A stretch of DNA of 64,000 nt. It comes from Candidatus Hodarchaeota archaeon (GTDB lineage: Archaea > Asgardarchaeota > Heimdallarchaeia > Hodarchaeales > Hodarchaeaceae). The position numbers and the translations under genes are program-made. Shown in pieces: positions 30,963 to 40,846 of this stretch. Below the pieces are notes generated by a model, which ran no database searches, had not been told where the DNA came from, and was given only the letters and a program-made list of their open reading frames with translations. Where the stretch lies: contig JAEOTC010000031.1 of NCBI GenBank assembly GCA_016840035.1, forward strand, positions 1 to 64,000, in the 5' to 3' direction. How positions within the stretch are numbered: the stretch's first letter is position 1; every line of letters begins with the position of its first letter.

Positions 30963-33900
30963 TTGGTACATATCAAAGAAATTAGGATGACCGGTTGGAA
31001 ATCATATGGACCCGGTACTGTCCGAATGCCTCTTGCGAAGGGATTTACGGTTATTGTTGGGCCAAATGGGAGTGGAAAATCCAATTCTATTGATGCTGTT
31101 AACTTTTGTCTAGGTGCTCTCTCTAAAAAGAGTATGCGAGCAGATAAGATGGTAGGCCTCATCTATAACGGAATTGGAGGCAAAAGAAAGTCAGAAAAGG
31201 CATTTGTTGAAATTGTTTTTGATAATGCTGACTTTGCCATCCCTATAAGAGAAAAAGAAGTTATTGTAAGTCGAGAACTAAAAACCAATGGCTCAGGAAC
31301 TTATAGACTGAATGGTAAAAGAACCACTCGGACTGATATTTTAGATAAACTTAGAATTGCAGGTATTGATGTCGTTAATAGTTATAATATTATTGCTCAA
31401 GGGCAAGTCGGCGAAATTGTTGGAATGAATCCAAATGAGCGACGCCAAATGATGGAAAATCTTGCTGGCGTCGGCCAATTTGATACGAAGAAGCAATCTG
31501 CTCTATCAGAATTAGAAGAAGCAAATAAGAGAATGGATGAGCTTCAGCTCCTTGTAAATGAAGTCGCAAAGCGTGTGGAATCTCTTCGAAAGGAAAAACA
31601 AGATGCTGAAAGGTGGAGTCAACTAGACTCTGAAATTTTAAATCTTAAGGCCCTCCTAATTTCATATTCATTTCACACCAATAATCGGGCATTGGTAAAG
31701 TTTGATGAGGATATTGCATCAATCCGCAGTAATCAGGAACAATTTGTAACCGAGCGATCACAGATTGATACAAACGTAGAAGAAGTCACCGAGAAAATTC
31801 GGACCCTTGAAGATTCATTAATTCGTGTTGAAACTTCACTAAAGGAGATCAGGACTTCCGCAGAAGAAAAGAATATTGAAAAAACAAAAGTTCAGGAAAA
31901 GGCTGAATATAATAAAAAGACAATTAAATCGAATGAGAAACGAATAAAGCAGTTAGAATCACGTTCTGAAGAAATTCAGAAGAAAATTGAAGATGATAGT
32001 AATACGAAAGAGGAACTCTTACAGAAAAAAGACGAATTAGTCGAGCGGATAGAACAGATTCAAAATGATAGAACTTCTCTTGAAGAGGATCTTGAACTAA
32101 AAAATCAGGAATATGACGAAATCAAGGGAGAATTTGAAGACGGAGAGAGACGTTTAAAGATTGAAAATGATAGATTAACAAAAACTCAGGTCTCCTTTGA
32201 AGTATCACAAAATATGGTTAATGCTTTTCAAAATAATGTTGATGAATATCAACGACGGCAATCAGAAGCAGAAGAACAGATTAAATCAGCTTCAGAAAGA
32301 GCTGAAGAACTTAAGATTCAAATTGAAGAAGAAAATACTCAACAAACAGAAGCATCTGGGAAATTAGAGGAAATCGAAACTAAAAAATTGAATTTAGAAA
32401 CTCAAATTGAGAATATCGATGATCAGGTAAGAGAATTAAGTGACAAACAACTAGTTTTAAAGGCAAAAATTGAAACGATATCTTCCTTCGTTAAATCAGA
32501 AGCAGGAAAAGAGAATCCAGCGGTATCCTATATTAATGGGAAGAAAAATGATGGCAATATTGCTGGAGTTCTTGGTGAATTCCAAAATTTGTCTGATGAA
32601 GGAATTACTCTTCCTCCAGAAGTTGGCCATCTGTCTGATGCAATAATAACTGATACCATTGAATCTAGTTTAAACTGTATAAATCTTTTAAAAGAACATT
32701 CAATAGGTGCTGCGAATTTTATTCCTCTTGAAAAATTCAAACTTAAAAAAACTGATAATTTCTCAAATATAGTGAAGAAAGTTAGAGAACAGAATCAAGT
32801 CGTTACATCATTATCAGAAGCTGCTAATCTTTGGAAAAAACATAGTTCCACTTTATCAACCGCTGATGGTGACATTTTTTACTCGAACGGAATAATTTAC
32901 GGAGGATTTCATCTACTTTCTGCTCAAGCCTCCGTTGATTCGCTTGATTTAGAGATGGGCCAAATCACTTCTGAACTTGAGGAATATAAATCTAAGTTGA
33001 AAGAAGAAAAGGAAAACCAGAAAAAACTTCTGGGAATAGAAAAAGTGATTATTTCCTCAATAGAGAAACTCGAAAAAAGTATTCAAGGAGCTACTGTTCA
33101 GCTAAATCAACAAGAAAGTGAAATTAAACTATATACCGAGAATCAACAGAGTATTGAGGGTGAACTTGATCCATTAAAGCAAAAGCTTGAAGAACGTTTA
33201 TTGGAAAGGGATAAACAAAAACAGGAAATGGATCACCACGAGCAGAATCTTGAAGTTATCGGGGAAGAAGTAAGAAGTATTGAAGAGAGACTAGAAGCTG
33301 CAGATACAAGACCGTTATTAGAGAAAATGAATCAAATAGAACAAAAGTTAGGAAAAAGTCAAGGTCAGTTAAGTGGTATCGATTCAAGAATCGAAAGTCT
33401 CGAAACACAGAAAGAAGAAAGATCTGGGCGTTTAACTGAGACAAAAACTGAAGTTAACACAATCAAGGTTGAAACAGCTAATTTAGAAGGAGAAATTCAA
33501 GTCCTGCATGAACAAGTTGATCAGTTTAATTCCGATTTAGAAAAGATTCTAGAAAATGAAGAATCTCTCTCGACAGAGATAAAGGATTATAAATCCGATC
33601 TATCAACTCAAAAGAAATACCAAGGACAATTAATCAAGGATAAGGAACGATTAAATGAAAAAATCTCGAAAGATGAGGAGAAAGTAACTGAAATCAAATT
33701 ACAACGGGAACGAATAGCTGTAGAAACAGAAAAATTACAGAGTGAGGCATTGGATTCACAGATAGAAATTATGCCAGAAGATGCAGAAGAAATACAAAAA
33801 GTAAACGAGCAAAAAATTAATTCTGAAATAAATCGAAAATCAGATGAAAAGAAACGGCTAGAACCTGTAAATATGCGTGCTTTGAAGGAATTCCAATCAG

Positions 33901-34550
33901 AAAATTCAAGATACATAGAATTACTTGATCGACGTGACATATTAATTGAAGAACGTCAGGTTATTCTTGATTTTATCGAGGAGATTGAAACAGAGAAGTA
34001 CTCCGTTTTCATGAAAGTTTTTAAATCTGTTAACAAGCATTTCGGTCAAATTTTCAATGAGCTCTCGGGTGGAGATGCAAGACTCATACTTGAAAAAGAT
34101 CCTAAGAAAGGAGAAGATATTTTTGAAGGGGGTCTTTTTATTGAAGCTCATCCCGCAGGAAAAAAGATTGCATCTTTAGAAAGTATGTCAGGTGGAGAAA
34201 AAGCTCTCACTGCATTAGCGTTTATTTTTGCCGTTCAAACAGTTGATGCTCAACCATTCTACATTTTAGACGAAATTGATGCAGCTCTTGACCCGATGAA
34301 TGTACGAAGAGTAGCGAAACTATTATATCGAATGTCTAGGAGTGTTGGTAGAGGAGGAGAGGAAGAAGAGGGGAAAAAATTACGGAAAAGTGCAGCTCCA
34401 GCGGCTCAATTCCTTGTCATCAGCCACAGGGATATTTTAATGGCATGGGCTGACAGATTATATGGGTGTACAAACGTTAAAGGCCTAAGTTCTGTTTTCT
34501 CAATTCAAATGAGTGAAGATCAACAATTAGAAAGAGATCAAGCATTTTAA
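30963..34550 (+). CDS. smc: Chromosome segregation protein SMC
   Basis: Walker A GPNGSGKSN, Q-loop IAQG, hinge G-x6-G-x3-GG (DGDIFYSNGIIYGG), PVNMRA, signature MSGGEK, Walker B ILDEIDAALD, ISHR. Confidence 0.97.
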   Translation: MVHIKEIRMTGWKSYGPGTVRMPLAKGFTVIVGPNGSGKSNSIDAVNFCLGALSKKSMRADKMVGLIYNGIGGKRKSEKAFVEIVFDNADFAIPIREKEVIVSRELKTNGSGTYRLNGKRTTRTDILDKLRIAGIDVVNSYNIIAQGQVGEIVGMNPNERRQMMENLAGVGQFDTKKQSALSELEEANKRMDELQLLVNEVAKRVESLRKEKQDAERWSQLDSEILNLKALLISYSFHTNNRALVKFDEDIASIRSNQEQFVTERSQIDTNVEEVTEKIRTLEDSLIRVETSLKEIRTSAEEKNIEKTKVQEKAEYNKKTIKSNEKRIKQLESRSEEIQKKIEDDSNTKEELLQKKDELVERIEQIQNDRTSLEEDLELKNQEYDEIKGEFEDGERRLKIENDRLTKTQVSFEVSQNMVNAFQNNVDEYQRRQSEAEEQIKSASERAEELKIQIEEENTQQTEASGKLEEIETKKLNLETQIENIDDQVRELSDKQLVLKAKIETISSFVKSEAGKENPAVSYINGKKNDGNIAGVLGEFQNLSDEGITLPPEVGHLSDAIITDTIESSLNCINLLKEHSIGAANFIPLEKFKLKKTDNFSNIVKKVREQNQVVTSLSEAANLWKKHSSTLSTADGDIFYSNGIIYGGFHLLSAQASVDSLDLEMGQITSELEEYKSKLKEEKENQKKLLGIEKVIISSIEKLEKSIQGATVQLNQQESEIKLYTENQQSIEGELDPLKQKLEERLLERDKQKQEMDHHEQNLEVIGEEVRSIEERLEAADTRPLLEKMNQIEQKLGKSQGQLSGIDSRIESLETQKEERSGRLTETKTEVNTIKVETANLEGEIQVLHEQVDQFNSDLEKILENEESLSTEIKDYKSDLSTQKKYQGQLIKDKERLNEKISKDEEKVTEIKLQRERIAVETEKLQSEALDSQIEIMPEDAEEIQKVNEQKINSEINRKSDEKKRLEPVNMRALKEFQSENSRYIELLDRRDILIEERQVILDFIEEIETEKYSVFMKVFKSVNKHFGQIFNELSGGDARLILEKDPKKGEDIFEGGLFIEAHPAGKKIASLESMSGGEKALTALAFIFAVQTVDAQPFYILDEIDAALDPMNVRRVAKLLYRMSRSVGRGGEEEEGKKLRKSAAPAAQFLVISHRDILMAWADRLYGCTNVKGLSSVFSIQMSEDQQLERDQAF

Positions 34551-34561
34551 GCTGATTAACT

Positions 34562-35422
34562 ATGTCTGAACCTGAAAATATCCAAGAGGAAGATTCATCA
34601 GAAACTGACGATGAATATATCAGGTTATTCAGTCATCGTGAGCAATTTTTTCTGGAAGAACCTTATGTTTATTTAATCAATCCAGATCTTTTCCCGGAAA
34701 GAGTCGCATACGTTAAAGATTTTAAACTAAAAGAGGTATTACCTGATTTCCATAGAAAATTACTTGATCAGGGATTAGATTTCCGCATTTTAGGACAAGC
34801 AATTTACTCTGCAGCCAGAATTCATAAAAAGAAGGTCAGTCTAGCAATTCAGTATGAGAAAAAACAAGAAGAAAAAATTTCTATTAGAACAAAACGAAGA
34901 GCCTTTCAATTCAAGATTCCTTTACCATATTATATTACTCGAGAACTACTTTCGCTTGCGGAAAGTGCAAATCCAGATGAATTTTATGCAGAACTCCTTC
35001 TAGGGCTTCAAGAAGAAGATGAAAAACTTAAAATTGAAAAAATAAAGGAAGAAAAGAGGAAACAAAAGGGAACGGGAGAGGAAAAACGAAAAAGACGAAA
35101 ACTAGAAATTTCTGACTTCGAAAACTTTGATTACGAACTAGACCTAGATCGTGTAGCGATTGAGGATATTGTGAATAGAACCTTCGAAATAATAAAAGCA
35201 CTTGCTAAGCAAGATAAAAACAGTGAAGCTGAATTTACTAAAGTAGTTAGAGGGATGGAAACTAAAGAAGGATCCGATGAACAAAAACGTCTTACCAGAG
35301 CAAGAGTATTGATTTCATTACTTTATCTATTCCGTGATGAGTCAATCACAGCTGAACAAGAATTAAATCCACCCTATGAGATATATATCAAGGTTATCGG
35401 AGAAAGAAAAATGAAAGCGTAA
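34562..35422 (+). CDS. scpA: Kleisin ScpA
   Basis: Directly after smc; N-kleisin DFRILGQAIYSAARIHKKK and C-terminal winged helix RARVLISLLYLFRDESITAEQE...PYEIYIK. Confidence 0.8.
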   Translation: MSEPENIQEEDSSETDDEYIRLFSHREQFFLEEPYVYLINPDLFPERVAYVKDFKLKEVLPDFHRKLLDQGLDFRILGQAIYSAARIHKKKVSLAIQYEKKQEEKISIRTKRRAFQFKIPLPYYITRELLSLAESANPDEFYAELLLGLQEEDEKLKIEKIKEEKRKQKGTGEEKRKRRKLEISDFENFDYELDLDRVAIEDIVNRTFEIIKALAKQDKNSEAEFTKVVRGMETKEGSDEQKRLTRARVLISLLYLFRDESITAEQELNPPYEIYIKVIGERKMKA

Positions 35423-35426
35423 GGGT

Positions 35427-37826
35427 TTACACCCCTACTTCTGCACGAGTAATTTCTGTTGACCTAGCAAGGAAATAATCGCCTAAAACGATTTTCCCCA
35501 TCAAAACAATAAATGAATCTGCTAGACTAGCAATACCTATTGTTTCACCAGTATCTTCCTTAATTCCAATTATTACTTCTTCAGCATCGCGATCAGCAGC
35601 TAAATATCCTTCTATTCCCTCAAATTTATGAGAATCGATCTGACGAATCCGAACATTAGGTTTCTGTAGAAGTTTCTTCAGCAAGTCTAGATGCTTTTCT
35701 TTGTCTATCATTGTAACCAAATTTACTCGTTGATGGTTCTTTGTGGCTAGAATTAGGTCAACTGGGATATCTTCAATGAAAGGAATCAATAAGGTTATTC
35801 CACCTTTCAAACGGTCAAACATACCTGCGATATACGTTAAATTAGCTTCCTTCGAGATAATAGGAGCAGTTTGAACTTCTGGATGCTTAGTAGCTGTTAC
35901 CAATGAAGCAAGTTTTTCTAAAGAGAATAAATAGTTTTTCAATGCCTCTTCATTCTTCTTCGAGACTTCCTGGAACTTGGTAGTATAGTCTCCTAATTCT
36001 CTCTCGAGAGTCTCCATTTCGGTATGAATCCCGCTTGAAATTACTTCATTAACCTCTCCCAACTTTTGTACTGTTGAATTTGACATAGAACTTATAGTGG
36101 CAGTGGTTTTTTCTTGTAATCCGCGAGTTTTTGAAATCAATCCTTCTGATGCCTTATTAACTGTGTCTATAAGCGAAGTACCATATTTCTCGTCGTAAGA
36201 CTGCACTAGAGTCTTCATTTCGGAAACTGATTGTTGAATGCTTTGTTTTAACTCATTCATTTCATTTTGAATATGTGATGATAGTTCCTGATTTTTTGCT
36301 GTAACCTCATCCCTAAAGGAATCAATAGTTGCAGTATATTGAGAAAGAGATTGATTCTGACTAGTTGAAAAATCAGTTTTGAATCGATTTAATTCATCTT
36401 TGAGTGCAGATTCATGAGGTTTCATCGTAGTTGTAAACTCTGATACTTGTTTTTGAATTTCTTTTCTCAAAGATTCAATAGTTTCTTTCACATTGTTCAG
36501 AGAGGACTCCTTAAGTGTATTAATTTGAGAATTCGAATCTGTTTCAAACTGAACATAGTGAGATTCAATATCGGTAACAGCTTTCTCATACGTGGTATTT
36601 GCATTCGTAACCAAGTCAGTTAAAGTGCCTGTTGTATCATCAATTACTTTTTGGAAGTCATTTTCCACCTGTTGCTTCAATGAGTCCGAGTAAGAACCCA
36701 TAGAACTTTCCACTTGTGATTTTGCAGAGTTTATCTTTTCGTTGAGAGAATCATGAATGTTCTGAATCATCTCAGATATTTGATTTTGCGCAGTACTCAA
36801 GATTTCATTAACAGATTCCTTAATATTTTGCGCATTATCTGTAGTTTTACTCGTGAACTGGTCACGTGAACTTTGGAAAACATTAATTGCAGCATCTTTC
36901 TTTATCTCAAGATTTTGTTTGAAATTTTCCTGATAAGCGCCCAATGAATCCTTCACAAGCTGCTTACCCTGAGAACTCGTACTACTTACTGCATTTGATA
37001 TTTCAGAAGAAGTGTCTGTCACAAAAGTAGTTAGAGTCTCCTCTTGAGAATTTATTGAAGAAATTACGGTTTCACCAGAAGTTTTCATGGTCGATTGAAC
37101 CACTTCAAAACCCTGACTTAATTTTGTACCCGTTTCTGTGGATAACTGTTCAAAGGACTCCACAAGACCTGTATTTCTCTCAGTTTCTCCAGATTTTAGT
37201 GAATCCAATCCTTCTAAGTACTTAGCTTCTAGATCTTTACTAGATTCACCGTATTTATTCTGAAATTCGTCTGCTTTCTGTTCAAACGTTGTACCCATAC
37301 CAGATAATAGTTCTTCATGCTCTGATTGTTTCTGTTTAATAGCCTCTTCAATTTTTTTCTTGCTTTCCTCATTTGCTTGCTCAGTTTCAAGAACTGCTTT
37401 AGCAGTATGTTCCTCAATATCAGTTTGTGATTGAGTTTCGAACTGATCCACAGCGGTTTGCCCACTAGTGATACTCTCTTTCATACGTTGAGATTCATCA
37501 CCCATTGTAGCAAGAATAGTTTCCAATTTTTTAGCAACTTCTTCCCCTAATTGTGAAGCAAGAGCTTTAAGTTCAGCGATTGTTGCTTCTCCAGCACTTT
37601 TCAAATCTTTAAACGGTAAGATCGCGTGATATCTTGTAGCAATACCAGGGATATCAAAAGCATAATTTTTGTTCTTTAATCCCTCCATTGCATTCTTTAT
37701 TTCCGCTGAAGAGAACTCAGTACTCTTAATCAGTTCACCTAAACTAAGTGGACCATTTGCTAATAAGATTATATAGAGTTTACTTTCCTGATCGTTTAAA
37801 TCTAATGATTTGAGTCCCAGACTCAT
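35427..37826 (-). CDS. TrmB-like wHTH protein with roughly 570-aa coiled-coil insertion and C-terminal TrmB/PLD-like domain
   Basis: LKSLDLNDQESKLYIILLANGPLSLGEL...RYHAILP (TrmB-type wHTH), long Pro-poor helical region, C-terminal alpha/beta domain ending AADRDAEEVIIG. Confidence 0.7.
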   Translation of the reverse strand: MSLGLKSLDLNDQESKLYIILLANGPLSLGELIKSTEFSSAEIKNAMEGLKNKNYAFDIPGIATRYHAILPFKDLKSAGEATIAELKALASQLGEEVAKKLETILATMGDESQRMKESITSGQTAVDQFETQSQTDIEEHTAKAVLETEQANEESKKKIEEAIKQKQSEHEELLSGMGTTFEQKADEFQNKYGESSKDLEAKYLEGLDSLKSGETERNTGLVESFEQLSTETGTKLSQGFEVVQSTMKTSGETVISSINSQEETLTTFVTDTSSEISNAVSSTSSQGKQLVKDSLGAYQENFKQNLEIKKDAAINVFQSSRDQFTSKTTDNAQNIKESVNEILSTAQNQISEMIQNIHDSLNEKINSAKSQVESSMGSYSDSLKQQVENDFQKVIDDTTGTLTDLVTNANTTYEKAVTDIESHYVQFETDSNSQINTLKESSLNNVKETIESLRKEIQKQVSEFTTTMKPHESALKDELNRFKTDFSTSQNQSLSQYTATIDSFRDEVTAKNQELSSHIQNEMNELKQSIQQSVSEMKTLVQSYDEKYGTSLIDTVNKASEGLISKTRGLQEKTTATISSMSNSTVQKLGEVNEVISSGIHTEMETLERELGDYTTKFQEVSKKNEEALKNYLFSLEKLASLVTATKHPEVQTAPIISKEANLTYIAGMFDRLKGGITLLIPFIEDIPVDLILATKNHQRVNLVTMIDKEKHLDLLKKLLQKPNVRIRQIDSHKFEGIEGYLAADRDAEEVIIGIKEDTGETIGIASLADSFIVLMGKIVLGDYFLARSTEITRAEVGV

Positions 37827-38265
37827 ATAATCACCTGTTTAACATTTTTATTTCTCATTTGTGGATTGATAATTACTCCTAGAATCTGATAAACATCAAA
37901 TTTTGTCACAGATGAATAATTCTTCCCTGTTTCAAAAAGTGAAATCCTCAAATGAGGTAGTCGCTTAAAATTAACACTAAACAGATGTTATAAAGATACG
38001 CTTTCTAAGATAGAAGCAAAAAAAGACCATTATTTTGTATTAAAATATGTTCATAAACGTGAGAAGGCATTAACAGTCTAGAAATCTGCGTAAAATTTGC
38101 TGTTTCGACGTTAGGTTGTAATTTAACTGAATCTTAAATAATAATAATCAGCATTTCAAGAATTCAAGTTATTGCGTTAGTGTACCAAATAAATTTGATA
38201 CTGTATCTATTGAAAAATTATTATAAGTCTTGAAAACCACTTACAGTTTAGGGTAATCTGGTGGT

Positions 38266-38835
38266 ATGTACGTGGATTTAAAATCATTGAATGAAATGGA
38301 TATCCTTGAAGCAGCATTGTTTATTATTGATCGACCAGTTACCTATCAAGAACTGTCAGAAATTATTCAAAAAGATGAGAATGAAATAGAACGCTATATC
38401 GAAGAAATTAGAGACATACATTTGGACAAAAATACTGCTTATCACATTGTGAATGTGGAGGATAAAGTTGTACAGCTAAAAATCAGAGATGAAGTTGCAG
38501 CTCACCTACATTGGCCATTCATTAAGCGTAGTGATGTCCCAAGGCATCTTTTGAAGATTTTAAGTCTAATAGCGTTTAAGGAATATGTTCTCAATGAAAT
38601 AGTAAGTCCAAGTAAACTCATTCGGATTTTTGGAAAAGCAGTTTCACAGGATCTTGACGAATTACAAACCATGTCACTAATTAATGTAACGCCTAAAGGG
38701 AATAAGCGGGAAATAACTGTTACTGAAGACTTCTTAAACCTTTTTAAGTTACCTCATGAACCTGACAAAGTCAAAATCGCAATCCAGAGAGGTCTTAAGG
38801 ATTACGCTATGAGTCAACTTCAAATGACCGACTAA
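38266..38835 (+). CDS. scpB: Kite subunit, ScpB-like paralogue 1
   Basis: ILEAALFIIDRPVTYQEL, LKILSLIAF, LDELQTMSLI, VTEDFLNLFKL: tandem winged helices of ScpB. Confidence 0.8.
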   Translation: MYVDLKSLNEMDILEAALFIIDRPVTYQELSEIIQKDENEIERYIEEIRDIHLDKNTAYHIVNVEDKVVQLKIRDEVAAHLHWPFIKRSDVPRHLLKILSLIAFKEYVLNEIVSPSKLIRIFGKAVSQDLDELQTMSLINVTPKGNKREITVTEDFLNLFKLPHEPDKVKIAIQRGLKDYAMSQLQMTD

Positions 38836-38858
38836 GTACCCCAAATTGAGGAGAAAAT

Positions 38859-40019
38859 ATGTTTCGCTTATTTCGCAGAAGGAAGAAAGAGGATACGAAA
38901 GAACCTGTAGAAGAGAAGGTTCCAACGGAGACTGTAGTCGAGGAAAAATCAGTAATTCCTGAAGTCCCAAGCATTGAAGAGAAAGTAGAAGAAGAGCAAG
39001 TTTTTGAAACAAAAGAAACCCCTTTTGAAGATAAGTTCGCCCAATTAACGCATATTCTTCCCGAAACCCTCTTAGAAGAAGAACCAACCACACCTGAACA
39101 AAAAATTCTACCTTTTATTCAAAATGTAATCGAACAAGGCTCTTCCTTTGCCGATTTCATGTCTCCTCAGATTATAAGCAAAGAATCAGAAGGAGAACTA
39201 AAATTAAGGGAGGAAGAATACGTTATCACAAGGAAAGAACTCCCCCCAGCTTCTCTTGAAGAACGAATTGATGGAGCTCTGTTTTCGGTCGGAAGACCGA
39301 TTCATGCAGATGAGTTAATCGAAAGTTTTGAAGAAGACTCACCAACAGTCAAACGCGCAATAAGAAAGTTGAGTAGGAAAAGACAACGTACCAGTGCAAT
39401 AGTAGTTGAAGAAATCTCCAAGGATAGGTGGGTAATGCAACTCAACCCAATATTCCATGAATTTTTCCAACCTTTGCTACCCGATCAATTTCTGTTGCCT
39501 GATGAAAGGAGAGTATTAACAGAGATCGCCTATCGTCAACCAATTTCCTTAGCGTTGGTTAAGAAAATGGTCGTTGGAATGGGCCCTCTTAAGATTAATG
39601 AAATCTGTAAGAAGTTGGAAGAACAAAGTTTCATTGTATCGGAGCAAAGAGCAAGATCCTTGATTTTCACCACGACACCTAAATTTGCTAGTTCATTTGG
39701 GTTTGACAATGAAAGCCGTAGATTAAAATTACAGATGCTTTGGAGATTGAAACGGTTGATGGGTGACTTTGAAGCAGAAGAGGAGGAAGAGGGTGAGGAA
39801 GAATTACTCGAGACTCAAGCAACTACAGAAACTCAACCTGAATCCGACACAATCAAACCTCCCACGGATGGGGAACCTCATGAGCCAGAATTAGAGGAAG
39901 AACAACCTCAGGTCGTAGAAGAAGAACCCCTTACTGATAGTGTGGATGCAAATAGTACAGATCGGATGATAAAAGAAGTCTCAGAAATAAAGGCAGATAT
40001 TCTTTCAGAAGAAGAGTGA
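38859..40019 (+). CDS. scpB: Kite subunit, ScpB-like paralogue 2 with long acidic N- and C-terminal extensions
   Basis: RIDGALFSVGRPI, VLTEIAYRQPIS, TTTPKFASSFGF core flanked by Glu/Pro-rich tails. Confidence 0.82.
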   Translation: MFRLFRRRKKEDTKEPVEEKVPTETVVEEKSVIPEVPSIEEKVEEEQVFETKETPFEDKFAQLTHILPETLLEEEPTTPEQKILPFIQNVIEQGSSFADFMSPQIISKESEGELKLREEEYVITRKELPPASLEERIDGALFSVGRPIHADELIESFEEDSPTVKRAIRKLSRKRQRTSAIVVEEISKDRWVMQLNPIFHEFFQPLLPDQFLLPDERRVLTEIAYRQPISLALVKKMVVGMGPLKINEICKKLEEQSFIVSEQRARSLIFTTTPKFASSFGFDNESRRLKLQMLWRLKRLMGDFEAEEEEEGEEELLETQATTETQPESDTIKPPTDGEPHEPELEEEQPQVVEEEPLTDSVDANSTDRMIKEVSEIKADILSEEE

Positions 40020-40024
40020 CACAC

Positions 40025-40549
40025 TCACATATCGATTTTGTCAATATTATCTTTTACTAGCTTAGTGTATATCTCAGTAATGATATCCCCTCCTATTTTT
40101 GCAGAACATTCATAAAAGGGGATACTAAATGATTTGGCTAAGGCAGTACCTTCTTCAGTAGTAACTTGTCTTTCATCTTCCAGATCAATTTTATTTCCAA
40201 TAATCGCAATCGATTTTTCCTCTCCCTGAACACTACGATAATCATTTATCCAGTATTCCAACGAATCAAAGGTTTCCTTTCGAGTAATATCATAAACAAT
40301 CAGACAACCGACTGACCCTTCATAATAAAATTTGCGGAGTTTACCAAAATACTCCTGACCTGCGGTATCATGTAAAATGAGCTTAACTTCTTGTGTGTTG
40401 ATTGTTATTACTTTAGTAGTAATATCAACTCCAATCGTTGGCATATAATTCGTAGAGAAAGCCCCTTCAGCATACCGTCTAATAAGTGATGTTTTACCTA
40501 CTTGGTAAGACCCCGAAGAACAAATTTTCAGAACATATCTATCCTTCAT
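40025..40549 (-). CDS. Rab-like small GTPase
   Basis: GSYQVGKT, PTIGVD, DTAGQE, NKID, ECSAK. Confidence 0.92.
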   Translation of the reverse strand: MKDRYVLKICSSGSYQVGKTSLIRRYAEGAFSTNYMPTIGVDITTKVITINTQEVKLILHDTAGQEYFGKLRKFYYEGSVGCLIVYDITRKETFDSLEYWINDYRSVQGEEKSIAIIGNKIDLEDERQVTTEEGTALAKSFSIPFYECSAKIGGDIITEIYTKLVKDNIDKIDM

Positions 40550-40796
40550 TGAATTAATTCCCCTAATTTCTCGGTTGAATACTAGTTTCTCAATTGAATT
40601 GACTAAGAAGTTACATCTATTTACTTACATTATTGATTGAAAAACTTCAGAATTTAACTCTATGGATATTAAGATTTGATTCTTTATATACACTCGTTTT
40701 GACCTAAATGATAGATCAATTAGTGAGAGGGATGTTTACCATTGTTAAGCAATATATCTAATAAGATTCCTTGGGAACTTTTATTTGCCTAGTAAG

Positions 40797-40829
40797 GTTA
40801 TTAGAGCGGTTTTATGGGCTCTTAATAAC
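40797..40829. promoter_or_regulatory. Inverted repeat just upstream of the por operon ribosome-binding site
   Basis: GTTATTAGAGC-N10-GCTCTTAATAAC (11 bp with one bulge), followed by AGGAGA and TTG 40847. Confidence 0.4.
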
Positions 40830-40846
40830 TAGGAGATGTACTTGTT

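Noticed and set aside
30963-40019. Wadjet (JetABCD) or MksBEFG defence system
   Set aside because: Smc has a canonical condensin-type head and hinge, gene order is smc-scpA, and no adjacent JetD; the Toprim gene 22 kb away is a standard Top6A.
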